Positions 31,157 to 39,830 of a DNA stretch of 64,000 bases are shown here, piece after piece. Below the pieces are notes generated by a model. The model was not told where the DNA came from. It searched no databases and saw only the letters and a list, made by a program, of their open reading frames with translations. The DNA comes from Phycisphaerae bacterium (GTDB taxonomy: Bacteria > Planctomycetota > Phycisphaerae > UBA1845). The DNA lies in NCBI GenBank assembly GCA_963666835.2, contig CAXXGO010000006.1, positions 896,001-960,000 on the forward strand. The letters run 5' to 3'. Numbering within the stretch: position 1 is the first letter of the stretch; each line of letters begins with the position of its first letter. Both the position numbers and the translations under genes were made by a program.

Positions 31157-32791
31157 ATGTTCGATAACACAAGACTGCTGGTTGTTGATGATGAAGAGGT
31201 GATCTGCCAGGCTTGTGAGCGCATCTTCCTGCCGCACGGCTTCCGGGTGGAGAGCAGTCGCGATCCGATCGACGGGTTATGCCTGGCCGCGGAGGAAGAC
31301 TTCGCGGCGTTGCTCCTTGACATCAAAATGGCGGCGCTGGACGGGATTCAGTTTCTGGAACAGTTGCGAAAGACGAAGCCGAACCTCCCGGTGATTCTGA
31401 TCACGGGATACCCGAGCATCCAGAGTGCCGCTTCGGCGATGCGGTTGGGGGCGGTGGACTACATTACCAAGCCCTTTGCTCCTGAGCAGATTACCGAAGC
31501 GGTTCGACGAGCGCTGCGGCCCAGTACTCCGGATAACGGAGACGAAAGCCGTTGCGCTTTTACGTCGGGAGTGTTCAAGCAGTGGGTTCCGCAAGCTCAG
31601 GAGTTCCATTTCAAGAACGAATCGTGGTTCCAGCGAGGTGAAGACGGTTCGCTACGGGTCGGAGCATTGTTGACCCGCGATCAGGGCGAGGGGCTTGAAG
31701 GCGTGCGCCTCCCGCAGATCGGCGAGACGGTCTACCAAGGCCTGCCGTACGCGGCGCTGAAGACCGCAAAGAAGCCGCTGCAGGTTATTCCCGCGCCGGC
31801 CTCCGGTGTAGTGGTGGCGGTCAACGAGAGCCTGCTCGCGCGGCCGGAGCTGCTGGCGACGGATCCGTGTAAGAACGGCTGGATCGCCTGCATCTGTCCG
31901 ACGCGGTTGGAGAACGAAGCCACGTGCTGCGAGCGGCGACGGGTAGTGCTGGTTTCGGCGGATTCGGGCTCGGCCGGGGAGCAAACCGAGAAGCTCGCTT
32001 CCCTCGGTTGTGAGGTGTCCGTCGTTCGAACTTGGAAGGACTTGACGCCGTATCTGGCGAATCCGGACGGCACCCTGTTGGTGGTCGATGCCGGATCGCT
32101 GGGAGACCGCGGACCGGAGATGGTCCGGCGGGTGAATGCGGGGGCGGCCGGGATGAAGGTAGTAGTGGTGGCATCGCCCGGTTCGAAGTGGGAAGGCGCC
32201 TACCGCGAACGGAAGATCTTCTACTACGCAGTCGAGCCCTTCGCGGACAACGAGATCGTGGACATTCTCGATGCCGCGTTCCGGTGTCGGCGACCGAGTC
32301 GATGCCCCGCGAAGGCCGGCAAGGCGGCCGCGGCGCCGATCAGCCGAATCAGCATTACGAACGGCTCCGGCCGCAAGGTGCGGTTGCTCGCCGCTTCGGG
32401 GTTGCTGGGCGAAGAGCAAGGGTTGGCCCGCCGGGTGATTCACCGGTTGCGCGATCGTCTCTTTACCGTGGAGACCGCGACCGGCAGCGAAGAGGGGATC
32501 AGCCCGGTTACGATCCTGCACGCGGCGCACGAGTGTCATCGCCTGTTGATTTTGTTGGAGAAGGATATGGGCCGTCTCCCGGGATCTCTGGTTCGCGACA
32601 CCCTGGGCGAATTCGCCTCGGTGTTGTGTGAACACTCCGGGAATGTAACGACCTTGGTAGTGCAGCCCCCTGCAGAGGACGGAGGGCGGATGACCTTCTG
32701 TGATGACACGATTGAGGCATTAGCGGAACACATCTCCAGGGAGATGGTGTTGTGTTATCAGGCCGCATCTGAAGGGCCGAAGGATCCATAG
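31157..32791 (+). CDS. Response regulator fused to a GcvH/lipoyl-like domain and a second REC-like region
   Basis: N-terminal REC (VVDD, DIKM, KPF), followed by W...RVG...LPQIGETV...APASGVVVAVN...DPCKNGWI. Confidence 0.8.
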   Translation: MFDNTRLLVVDDEEVICQACERIFLPHGFRVESSRDPIDGLCLAAEEDFAALLLDIKMAALDGIQFLEQLRKTKPNLPVILITGYPSIQSAASAMRLGAVDYITKPFAPEQITEAVRRALRPSTPDNGDESRCAFTSGVFKQWVPQAQEFHFKNESWFQRGEDGSLRVGALLTRDQGEGLEGVRLPQIGETVYQGLPYAALKTAKKPLQVIPAPASGVVVAVNESLLARPELLATDPCKNGWIACICPTRLENEATCCERRRVVLVSADSGSAGEQTEKLASLGCEVSVVRTWKDLTPYLANPDGTLLVVDAGSLGDRGPEMVRRVNAGAAGMKVVVVASPGSKWEGAYRERKIFYYAVEPFADNEIVDILDAAFRCRRPSRCPAKAGKAAAAPISRISITNGSGRKVRLLAASGLLGEEQGLARRVIHRLRDRLFTVETATGSEEGISPVTILHAAHECHRLLILLEKDMGRLPGSLVRDTLGEFASVLCEHSGNVTTLVVQPPAEDGGRMTFCDDTIEALAEHISREMVLCYQAASEGPKDP

Positions 32792-32951
32792 GAGTGTTGG
32801 CGAACAGTCGCGACGGAACGGCCGAAATCCGGCCTTCGTTGCGAAAGAATGAGAACATTTGCGGATCGGGCTTCCCCAAAAGACGTCCGATCGTACGAAC
32901 CCGGTAGAAGTGGGGCCGCCTGACGGCAGAAAGAAGCAGAGGAGAAAAGTC

Positions 32952-34157
32952 ATGTATTCCAGCTCAGCTCAGTATCGAATCGTGTTGGCCGTGGCCTTGG
33001 CAGTGGGATGTCTGGGAGCCGGCAGTGCCTTGGCGCAGCAGACTCTGAACCTGTACGGCCCGATGGGTCTTTCACCCGCCATCGAGGATGCGGCGATAGC
33101 ATTCTCATCGCAGAGTGACGTGACCGTGAACGTCGTGGCCGGGACCCCGGACGAATGGCAGACCGCCGCGGCCGCGAATGGTGATTTCATCTACAGTACC
33201 GGCGAGTTCATCATGACGGACTTCGTCAGGTCCGGCGTGGTCCCGGTCGATAGGACCTCGTTGACCAAGCTGTACCTCCGCCCGTCGGCCATTCTGGTCC
33301 GTCCGGGTAACCCCAAGGACATTCGGGACTTCCCGGATCTTCTGCGCCCGGGGATGAAGGTGATGATGGTGAACGGATCGGGGCAGACCGGCTTGTGGGA
33401 GAACCTCACGGGCAAGTTGCAGAGTCTGCAGAATCTGGTGGCGTTGCAGAAGAACGTTGTGCTGTGCGAGAAGACGACGGCCGCGGCGATGAAGAAGTGG
33501 GAGACCCAGCCGGAAATCGACGCCTGGTTGACCTGGAACGTCTGGCACATGCCGCGACGGGATAGTGCTCAGATCGTGACGATCAGCAAGGACTACCGCA
33601 TCTATCGCGAGTGCAGCATCTCGCTGACCGAGCGCGGCAAGAGTAACCCGTCGGCGGTGCAGTTCATGGAGTTCCTCGCTTCCGCCGAAGGCGCCGACAT
33701 CTATGATTCCTGGGGATGGGCGAAGCCGCCGACCGATGTGAACCCGGCCGTCGCGGAGCGGGGTGTTTGCGTCGCCGCCCGGATTAAGGATGATCAGTGG
33801 ACCAACAGCATCGGTCGGGGTCTGGACCGCGTGAAGAGGCTGGTGGACGAGTATCGGTCGCTGGGCATTCCCGCTGAAGATATCCACGTGTGTGCGGTGT
33901 TCGACGGTGACGCCGGCTACTGGATGCTCAAGGATGATCCGTACCGGAAGCACACCTCGAAGGTGGCGGAAAACCCGAACCACGACGTGGTTGAGGATCT
34001 GGTTGCGGCCGGTGTTAGTATCGAGATCAGCGCCGAGACCATGCGGGACTACGGGTGGACCGCGGAAGATCTGCTGCCGGGCGTGAAGGTTGTGCCGGGA
34101 GCCGGTTCGCGAATCGCCACTCTCGGCGAGCAGGGCTACGACTTCCTGCCATTCTGA
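32952..34157 (+). CDS. AcfC/ModA-like substrate-binding protein fused to a DsrE-like domain
   Basis: Signal peptide; ILVRPGNPK..GSGQTGLWE..DAWLTW; C-terminal AVFDG..NP..GVSIEI..LLPGV. Confidence 0.7.
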   Translation: MYSSSAQYRIVLAVALAVGCLGAGSALAQQTLNLYGPMGLSPAIEDAAIAFSSQSDVTVNVVAGTPDEWQTAAAANGDFIYSTGEFIMTDFVRSGVVPVDRTSLTKLYLRPSAILVRPGNPKDIRDFPDLLRPGMKVMMVNGSGQTGLWENLTGKLQSLQNLVALQKNVVLCEKTTAAAMKKWETQPEIDAWLTWNVWHMPRRDSAQIVTISKDYRIYRECSISLTERGKSNPSAVQFMEFLASAEGADIYDSWGWAKPPTDVNPAVAERGVCVAARIKDDQWTNSIGRGLDRVKRLVDEYRSLGIPAEDIHVCAVFDGDAGYWMLKDDPYRKHTSKVAENPNHDVVEDLVAAGVSIEISAETMRDYGWTAEDLLPGVKVVPGAGSRIATLGEQGYDFLPF

Positions 34158-34300
34158 GGATAAGGTGGGGAGCTGAGCTGGAGTAGTTAGGAGTACGCCG
34201 GCCGAGACCGGCGGGGGGCGAAGAATACAGGACACTTGCGACGCCCCCGCAGGGCGCCGCAAGTGTGTGTTTACGGGGTTAGGGCGCTAATCTGGATTAG

Positions 34301-35236
34301 GTGAAAGCTGTGAATGTCAGTCGGCGAGGTTTTCTGAAGAGGATGGGAGCCGCTGGGCTCGGGGCAACGGCGTTGGGCGGAAGTACCAGCGAGGCTTTGG
34401 CTTCCCATGGAGCGCGCACCGCATCGGAAGATGCCATGGGCGTTCTCGTGGACCTGACGCAGTGTAACGGATGTCGGCGTTGCGAGGCGGCCTGTAAAGA
34501 GGCGGCCGGGTTCGAGGTGCCGACCGAGGAAGAGCTGAAGGACTACTCGGTGTTTGACGAAAACCGTCCGCTAAGTCCGGATGCCTATACGACCGTCAAC
34601 CAGTTCGAGGGCCCGCAAGGGCAGCCGATTTTCGCCAAGGCTAACTGCCTGCATTGCATCGACCCGGCGTGCGCCTCGGCATGCATCGTCAATGCGCTGC
34701 GGAAGGAACCGGAGGGGCCGGTGGTCTACGATGTCTGGAAGTGCATGGGCTGTCGCTATTGCATGGTGGCCTGCCCGTTCCAGATTCCGACCTACGAGTA
34801 CGATAACGCCTTCACTCCGCAGGTCCGCAAATGCACCATGTGCCAGAACGAAGGCAACCCCCACAAGGGCGGTGTGCCGGCCTGTGTGAAGGCGTGTCCG
34901 AAAGAGAGTCTCACCTACGGCAAACGCTCTGATTTGCTGAAGCGCGCCCACGAGAAAATCAAGGACCGCCCGGATCTCTACATCGATCACGTGTACGGAG
35001 AGCATGAGGCCGGCGGAACTTCCTGGATGTACCTGTCGAGCGTGCCGTTCGAAGAGGTTGGTTTCCTGAAAGTCGATGAGGCCGCCCCTCCACGGCTGTC
35101 CGAGACGATTCAGCACGGGGTTTTCAAGCACTTCATGCCTCCGGTGGCGTGGTGCGGGATCCTGGCGATGGCCATGTGGATGACGAAGCCGGAGAATCCC
35201 GGTCACGGGTCAACGCCGGAGCATGAAGAGAAGTAG
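34301..35236 (+). CDS. Tat-exported 4Fe-4S protein (HybA/HmcB-like)
   Basis: SRRGFLK Tat motif; CNGCRRC, CLHC..C..C, CMGCRYC..CP and KCTMC; YGEHEAGGT; C-terminal TM. Confidence 0.9.
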   Translation: MKAVNVSRRGFLKRMGAAGLGATALGGSTSEALASHGARTASEDAMGVLVDLTQCNGCRRCEAACKEAAGFEVPTEEELKDYSVFDENRPLSPDAYTTVNQFEGPQGQPIFAKANCLHCIDPACASACIVNALRKEPEGPVVYDVWKCMGCRYCMVACPFQIPTYEYDNAFTPQVRKCTMCQNEGNPHKGGVPACVKACPKESLTYGKRSDLLKRAHEKIKDRPDLYIDHVYGEHEAGGTSWMYLSSVPFEEVGFLKVDEAAPPRLSETIQHGVFKHFMPPVAWCGILAMAMWMTKPENPGHGSTPEHEEK

Positions 35237-35298
35237 GCTCAGCGCCTGGATACGATTGTGAGTGGAAGAACACGATACGAGAAACGAGGAATACCGCA

Positions 35299-36489
35299 GT
35301 GACTGCTCATCTTGAACCTTCGCCGGTCAACCGGAGAGTGCTGACCCCGGGCGTCTGGGGCTTGTTGGCCTTGGCAGGCATAGGCTTACTTGCCGGGGTC
35401 TACCGTTTTGCGTTCGGCCTCGAGGCCAGCACAAATCTGGACCAGCAATACCCGTGGGGCATCTGGATTATTGCCGACGTCTCCTTCATCGCCCTGGCGG
35501 CCGGAGGCTTCACAATGGCCGCGCTGACCCACGTGTTTCACCGGGAGGCGTATCATGCGCTGGCCCGCCCGATCCTGGTCGCAGCGCTGCTGGGGTACAG
35601 TTTCGCGACGGTGGCGTTGCTGGCCGACCTCGGGAGGTACTACAACATCTGGCATCCGGTGCTCCCGATGTGTTGGCAAGGGAATTCTGCGTTGTTCGAG
35701 GTCGGGATGTGCGTGATGTGCTACGCGACCGTTATGTACATCGAGTTCATCCCGATCTTCTGCGAGCGTTTTATCGGCGATCGCCGGTTCCCGACGCTCG
35801 GGCGGATCTGCGAGTTCGTCAACCGTACAAGCGGCAAGGTGATGTTTATTTTCATCGTCCTGGGCGTGGGGATCTCGTTTCTGCATCAGTCGTCCCTGGG
35901 GCACATCATGGTCTTGGTGCCCTCGAAACTTCATCCGCTCTGGTACACTCCCGTGCTTTCCCTGATGTTCCTCGTGTCGGCGATTGCCGTAGGGTTCCCG
36001 ACCGCGATAACCGTTTCGGTCTTCTCCTCCTGGGCGATGAAGTTGAAGCCGGACATGCGAATGCTAGGGGGTCTGGCTAAGTTCGTTCCGTTCTTCCTGG
36101 GCATCTACGTAGCGTTGAAGATCGGCGACATGCTCATCCGCGGGAGCTACGTTCATTTGACCGATGGATCTCTGCAGAGCTTCGCGTTCATGGTGGAGAT
36201 GATTCTGCTGATCATCCCGCTCGCCATGGTGTTGGCGGAGCGAGTTCGGAACTCGCCGCGATTGCTAGGTCTGGCTACCGGGCTTATTATGCTGGGCGTG
36301 GTCTTGAATCGAACGAACGTCTATTGGATCGGCTATCAGCCGCCGCGAACTGACAAGATGTACTTCCCGTCATTCGTGGAATGGGCGGTGACTATCGGGG
36401 CTTTGGCGGCTTTGATAGTCCTCTGGCGGGTGATTGCGACGTTCTTCCCCGTTATCAGTCATGAGCCCAGCCGGGCGAAAGCATCCTGA
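35299..36489 (+). CDS. NrfD/PsrC family membrane subunit (HybB/HmcC-like)
   Basis: PWGIWI, DLGR, SALFEV and LHQSSLG...KLHPLW; about 10 TM helices. Confidence 0.9.
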   Translation: MTAHLEPSPVNRRVLTPGVWGLLALAGIGLLAGVYRFAFGLEASTNLDQQYPWGIWIIADVSFIALAAGGFTMAALTHVFHREAYHALARPILVAALLGYSFATVALLADLGRYYNIWHPVLPMCWQGNSALFEVGMCVMCYATVMYIEFIPIFCERFIGDRRFPTLGRICEFVNRTSGKVMFIFIVLGVGISFLHQSSLGHIMVLVPSKLHPLWYTPVLSLMFLVSAIAVGFPTAITVSVFSSWAMKLKPDMRMLGGLAKFVPFFLGIYVALKIGDMLIRGSYVHLTDGSLQSFAFMVEMILLIIPLAMVLAERVRNSPRLLGLATGLIMLGVVLNRTNVYWIGYQPPRTDKMYFPSFVEWAVTIGALAALIVLWRVIATFFPVISHEPSRAKAS

Positions 36490-36524
36490 GAGTTCAATAA
36501 CCTGTTGACCGGTGGATTTAAGAA

Positions 36525-37769
36525 ATGGTACGTGTGTTTTTCCTTGCAGTTTGGGTTCTTTCATTTGTAAACATGCCCCTGGTCTCGGCCCAGCAGCCGG
36601 CGGACGGGGCTCATGGTTCCGGCGCGGCGGCTAATGCCGCGAGTGAGCAGGCGGGTGATCCGGATTGTCGCCAATGCCACTTCTGCAGTGCGCCTACGCA
36701 TACGAGCAAGTGCCTGGTGCACGTGTGTACCAGGGGGCAACGCCGCCTGCCCGCAGGAACGGCCGAAGATCACGGCCCGGACGTAATCTTCCTCGATATG
36801 CTTGAGGGCAATTATCTGCCGGTGCCGTTCGATCACGAAGGGCACGCGAAGATGGCGGAGATGGGCGGCGGCTGTACGACGTGCCATCACTTTACGCCCA
36901 AGGGTGAGCAGCACCCCAAATGCGTGACCTGCCACGACTTGATGGTGGCCGGTACCGACATCCACAAGCCCGGCCTTAAAGGAGCCTACCACCAGCAGTG
37001 CATGAACTGCCACCGGGAGTGGGCCGGCCAGGAGGACTGCGCGCAGTGCCACGTTGCCAAGACGGGAGCCGGATCCGGAGGCGCCGCCACCGAGGTGACG
37101 GGGCTTTTGGGGCGCATTCACCCGCCGATTCCCGAGCCGGATACGGATTATTTCGGCGGGCAGCCCGCGGCAGATCGCGACTCGCTCGTTCTTTTCGGCC
37201 ACCAGAAGCACGTGAAGGGCTTCGGCCTTAATTGTGTTGACTGCCATCGCGAGCCGAGCTGCACGCGGTGCCACACGCGCGACGTGGGGGGCGACACTCC
37301 GCAGACTCTTGCCCAACACCACCGCCACTGCCTGAATTGTCACAAGCAGGACATGCGCGGCACCGACGAGGCGGCCGAGTGCAAACGCTGCCACTGGCAA
37401 AAGGACGAGCCGAAACCGGCGCAGTTTGCTCACGCCGACGTCGGCTGGCCGCTGAAGGACTATCACCAGGGAGCCAACTGCCGCGACTGCCATCAGCGGG
37501 TGCCGTTCGCCAAGTTGGACAAGAACTGCCAGGCCTGCCACAAGGATTGGGATCCGGACAGCTTCGATCACCGGGTCACGGGGCAGGTTCTGGACGACAA
37601 TCACGCCGACGCCGATTGCACGGACTGCCACTCCGGGCAGAGGTACGAAGAGCCGCCGACCTGCAGCGAGTGTCACGACGAGGAAGACGATGGGATCGCC
37701 TTCCCGGCTCGTCGCCCCGGCCCGAGCGTCAAGTTCCAGACCTCAATGTTGCACCGTAAGGGCAACTGA
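36525..37769 (+). CDS. Multiheme cytochrome c (13 CxxCH motifs; c3/HmcA-like)
   Basis: Signal peptide, 13 counted CxxCH motifs, and c3-type FDHEGH and LKGAYHQQC. Confidence 0.9.
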   Translation: MVRVFFLAVWVLSFVNMPLVSAQQPADGAHGSGAAANAASEQAGDPDCRQCHFCSAPTHTSKCLVHVCTRGQRRLPAGTAEDHGPDVIFLDMLEGNYLPVPFDHEGHAKMAEMGGGCTTCHHFTPKGEQHPKCVTCHDLMVAGTDIHKPGLKGAYHQQCMNCHREWAGQEDCAQCHVAKTGAGSGGAATEVTGLLGRIHPPIPEPDTDYFGGQPAADRDSLVLFGHQKHVKGFGLNCVDCHREPSCTRCHTRDVGGDTPQTLAQHHRHCLNCHKQDMRGTDEAAECKRCHWQKDEPKPAQFAHADVGWPLKDYHQGANCRDCHQRVPFAKLDKNCQACHKDWDPDSFDHRVTGQVLDDNHADADCTDCHSGQRYEEPPTCSECHDEEDDGIAFPARRPGPSVKFQTSMLHRKGN

Positions 37770-37945
37770 CGTGTGCGCCTGACCGGTTGGGCTTCCAGGC
37801 GGAGCTCAACCGGAATAGGGCGAACGGCGGCTTTCCTTTGTCCGGGACCGCTTTCGGATGCGCTTCGCGCGGACGGCCCGAATACAGTCGACCCCGCCTC
37901 GCAAACGACACTACTTGCCCTGTAAAAGTCTATCAGCCAGAGGCC

Positions 37946-38370
37946 GGTCGCTCACGCTCACGTACTGGTGGAGTGCCGGAGCTGGGGCACCGCACGAGCT
38001 GACGTTTTGGTCGTTGACGACGCCCGCTTGCAGTCAATGGCAGGTCTCGTGTCTCGACCATGCCCTACTACACTGTCGCAACGTCGCGCGAAGATGGCGG
38101 CAGGTCTCGTGCCTCGACCGTGCCCTACAGCACTGCCAGCGGGGTGTCATGGGCCAACTTGTTGGCCCGTGGCGTATCGGCGGGTCGCCGCGTATCAAGT
38201 ACCGCGACCGTCGGGGAGTGGCCCTCCTGCATCGGAGGGTCGCCGCGTATCGGCCACAAGGGCGGGTCGCTCACGCTCGCCGTACTGATAGCGGCCGCGA
38301 CGTCGCATGTCGCGCGAAGATGGCGGCAGGTCTCGTGCCTCGACCTGCCCTACTGCTGCGCGACGCAGCC
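37946..38370. repeat. Repeat-rich intergenic region with three copies of the 29-bp REP-like element
   Basis: GCAGGTCTCGTGCCTCGACCGTGCCCTAC-like copies at 38040, 38100 and 38326; GTCGCTCACGCTC at about 37947 and 38266. Confidence 0.85.
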
Positions 38371-38555
38371 TTTCATCGCGGTTTGCGGTTCCCACCTCCG
38401 AAGAGGCGGGCTATCCAGGCTCTAAAAAGAGGCGGACCACTTAGACGCTCCACGGGTCAACAAGTTGACCCATGTCACCCGCCGCGGGTCAACGAGTTGC
38501 GCCGTGACATGAGCTTGTTACGTCCCGGTGTTACAATCCGCGCGCGGTGGGCGTT

Positions 38556-38957
38556 TTACTTGTATTCCAGGGCTTTCGTGGGGCAGAAGGCGGCGCAGGC
38601 CGGCTCGCCGCCGCACAGGTCGCACTTGATCGCCACGCCGACTCTGCCGTCCTGGCCCATGTGTCCGAACGGGCAGGCGATGGCACACAATCCGCAGCCG
38701 ATGCAGCGGGCTTCGTCTACTTCAATAGCGTCGGTTTGCTCGTTGCGTGACAATGCGTTGACCGGGCACACTTTCACGCACGCGGCCTCGGCACATTGGA
38801 AACAGGTAAGGAGCTGGTTCTGCCCCTCGCCGATCATAAAGGCCTGGATCCGGGCGACTCCGAGTCCACTTGAACCCGCGTGTTTGAACGCGCACGACAT
38901 CTCGCAAGTTCGGCAGGCGATGCAACGCGAAGGAGTAATCGTCAGTGTCTTGAGCAT
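38556..38957 (-). CDS. 4Fe-4S multicluster protein (CooF/AOR small subunit-like)
   Basis: CIACRTC..C, CFQC...C..CP, CIGCGLC..CP and KCDLC...C..CP. Confidence 0.88.
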   Translation of the reverse strand: MLKTLTITPSRCIACRTCEMSCAFKHAGSSGLGVARIQAFMIGEGQNQLLTCFQCAEAACVKVCPVNALSRNEQTDAIEVDEARCIGCGLCAIACPFGHMGQDGRVGVAIKCDLCGGEPACAAFCPTKALEYK

Positions 38958-38970
38958 GTTCGGTATCCTA

Positions 38971-39774
38971 TCAGCCTGAAACCTCGACGGACTCGATGGC
39001 GCTCATGTCGAAGGCGGTTCGGATCGTAGTAACGGTTTTCTTTCGAGAGCAGGCGGGGCAAGTCTGGAAGTACTCGGCGCTCAGCCCCGACTTGGCCACC
39101 TCGAACTCGAGCTGTTTCTCGGGCATGATCGGCTGCCCGCACGAGGTGCATTTTACCATCGGGAACGAATGCCCCCATATCTTCCGCACTCCGTCCTCAT
39201 CGCGATAGCGAATCGTATCCGTCGGGCAGATGTGGGCACAGCTTGCACAGCCGATGCAATCGGGCGGCGGTTGCTTGAACGGGATGGAGATGGCCTTCTC
39301 GATCCCGCGCCCGCTCGTGCCGATTGCGTTGCACCCCTTCTCCGCACAGACCCGCACGCAGAGCCCGCACAGAATGCACGTCGTTTCGACCTCGTTTTCC
39401 TTATACGACGTGGCCGTCACCCCGTGCTCGGCCGCCAGCTTCCGGATGACCGCCGAGGTGGGGCAGCGGGCCAGCAGAAGGTCCAAAACCGTCCGCCGCG
39501 CCTTGCGAACCTCTTCGTTACCCGTGGAGACCCGCAGGCCTTCCTCCACCGGGTACAGGCAAGCCGTCACCAGCCCCTTCCAGCCCTTCCAGTTGGGATG
39601 ACTGATCTCCACGAGGCACAGGCGACATGCCCCGACCGGCTCCAAGGCATCGTGATGACACAGCGTCGGGATCGGGATCCCCTCGCGCCGCGCCACCTCC
39701 AGAATCGTCATTTCCGGGCGGGCTTGGAAGAACCGGCCGTCTATCTCGATATTGATGGTCTGCTCAGTTGTCAT
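38971..39774 (-). CDS. HydA/NuoG N-terminal-like FeS subunit without a catalytic domain (BfuA-like)
   Basis: IPTLC..GACRLC [2Fe-2S], CILCGLC, CIGCASC and a C-terminal CxxC...CxxC. Only 267 aa, with no H-cluster motifs. Confidence 0.85.
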   Translation of the reverse strand: MTTEQTINIEIDGRFFQARPEMTILEVARREGIPIPTLCHHDALEPVGACRLCLVEISHPNWKGWKGLVTACLYPVEEGLRVSTGNEEVRKARRTVLDLLLARCPTSAVIRKLAAEHGVTATSYKENEVETTCILCGLCVRVCAEKGCNAIGTSGRGIEKAISIPFKQPPPDCIGCASCAHICPTDTIRYRDEDGVRKIWGHSFPMVKCTSCGQPIMPEKQLEFEVAKSGLSAEYFQTCPACSRKKTVTTIRTAFDMSAIESVEVSG

Positions 39775-39830
39775 TGAATTACCTCGGCCGGGGAGCCGGC
39801 TCGTCCATCCGCCTTCTACCGGCGGGCGTT

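Noticed and set aside
38040..38353. 29-bp repeats 60 bp apart that resemble a mini CRISPR array (also 48122-48188)
   Set aside because: Spacing is irregular, the intervening sequence is itself partly repeated, copies are dispersed on both strands, and there are no cas genes. This fits REP elements.
37858..38979. 373-aa plus-strand ORF
   Set aside because: It is made of translated repeats (QVSCLD recurs) and the antisense of the 4Fe-4S gene.
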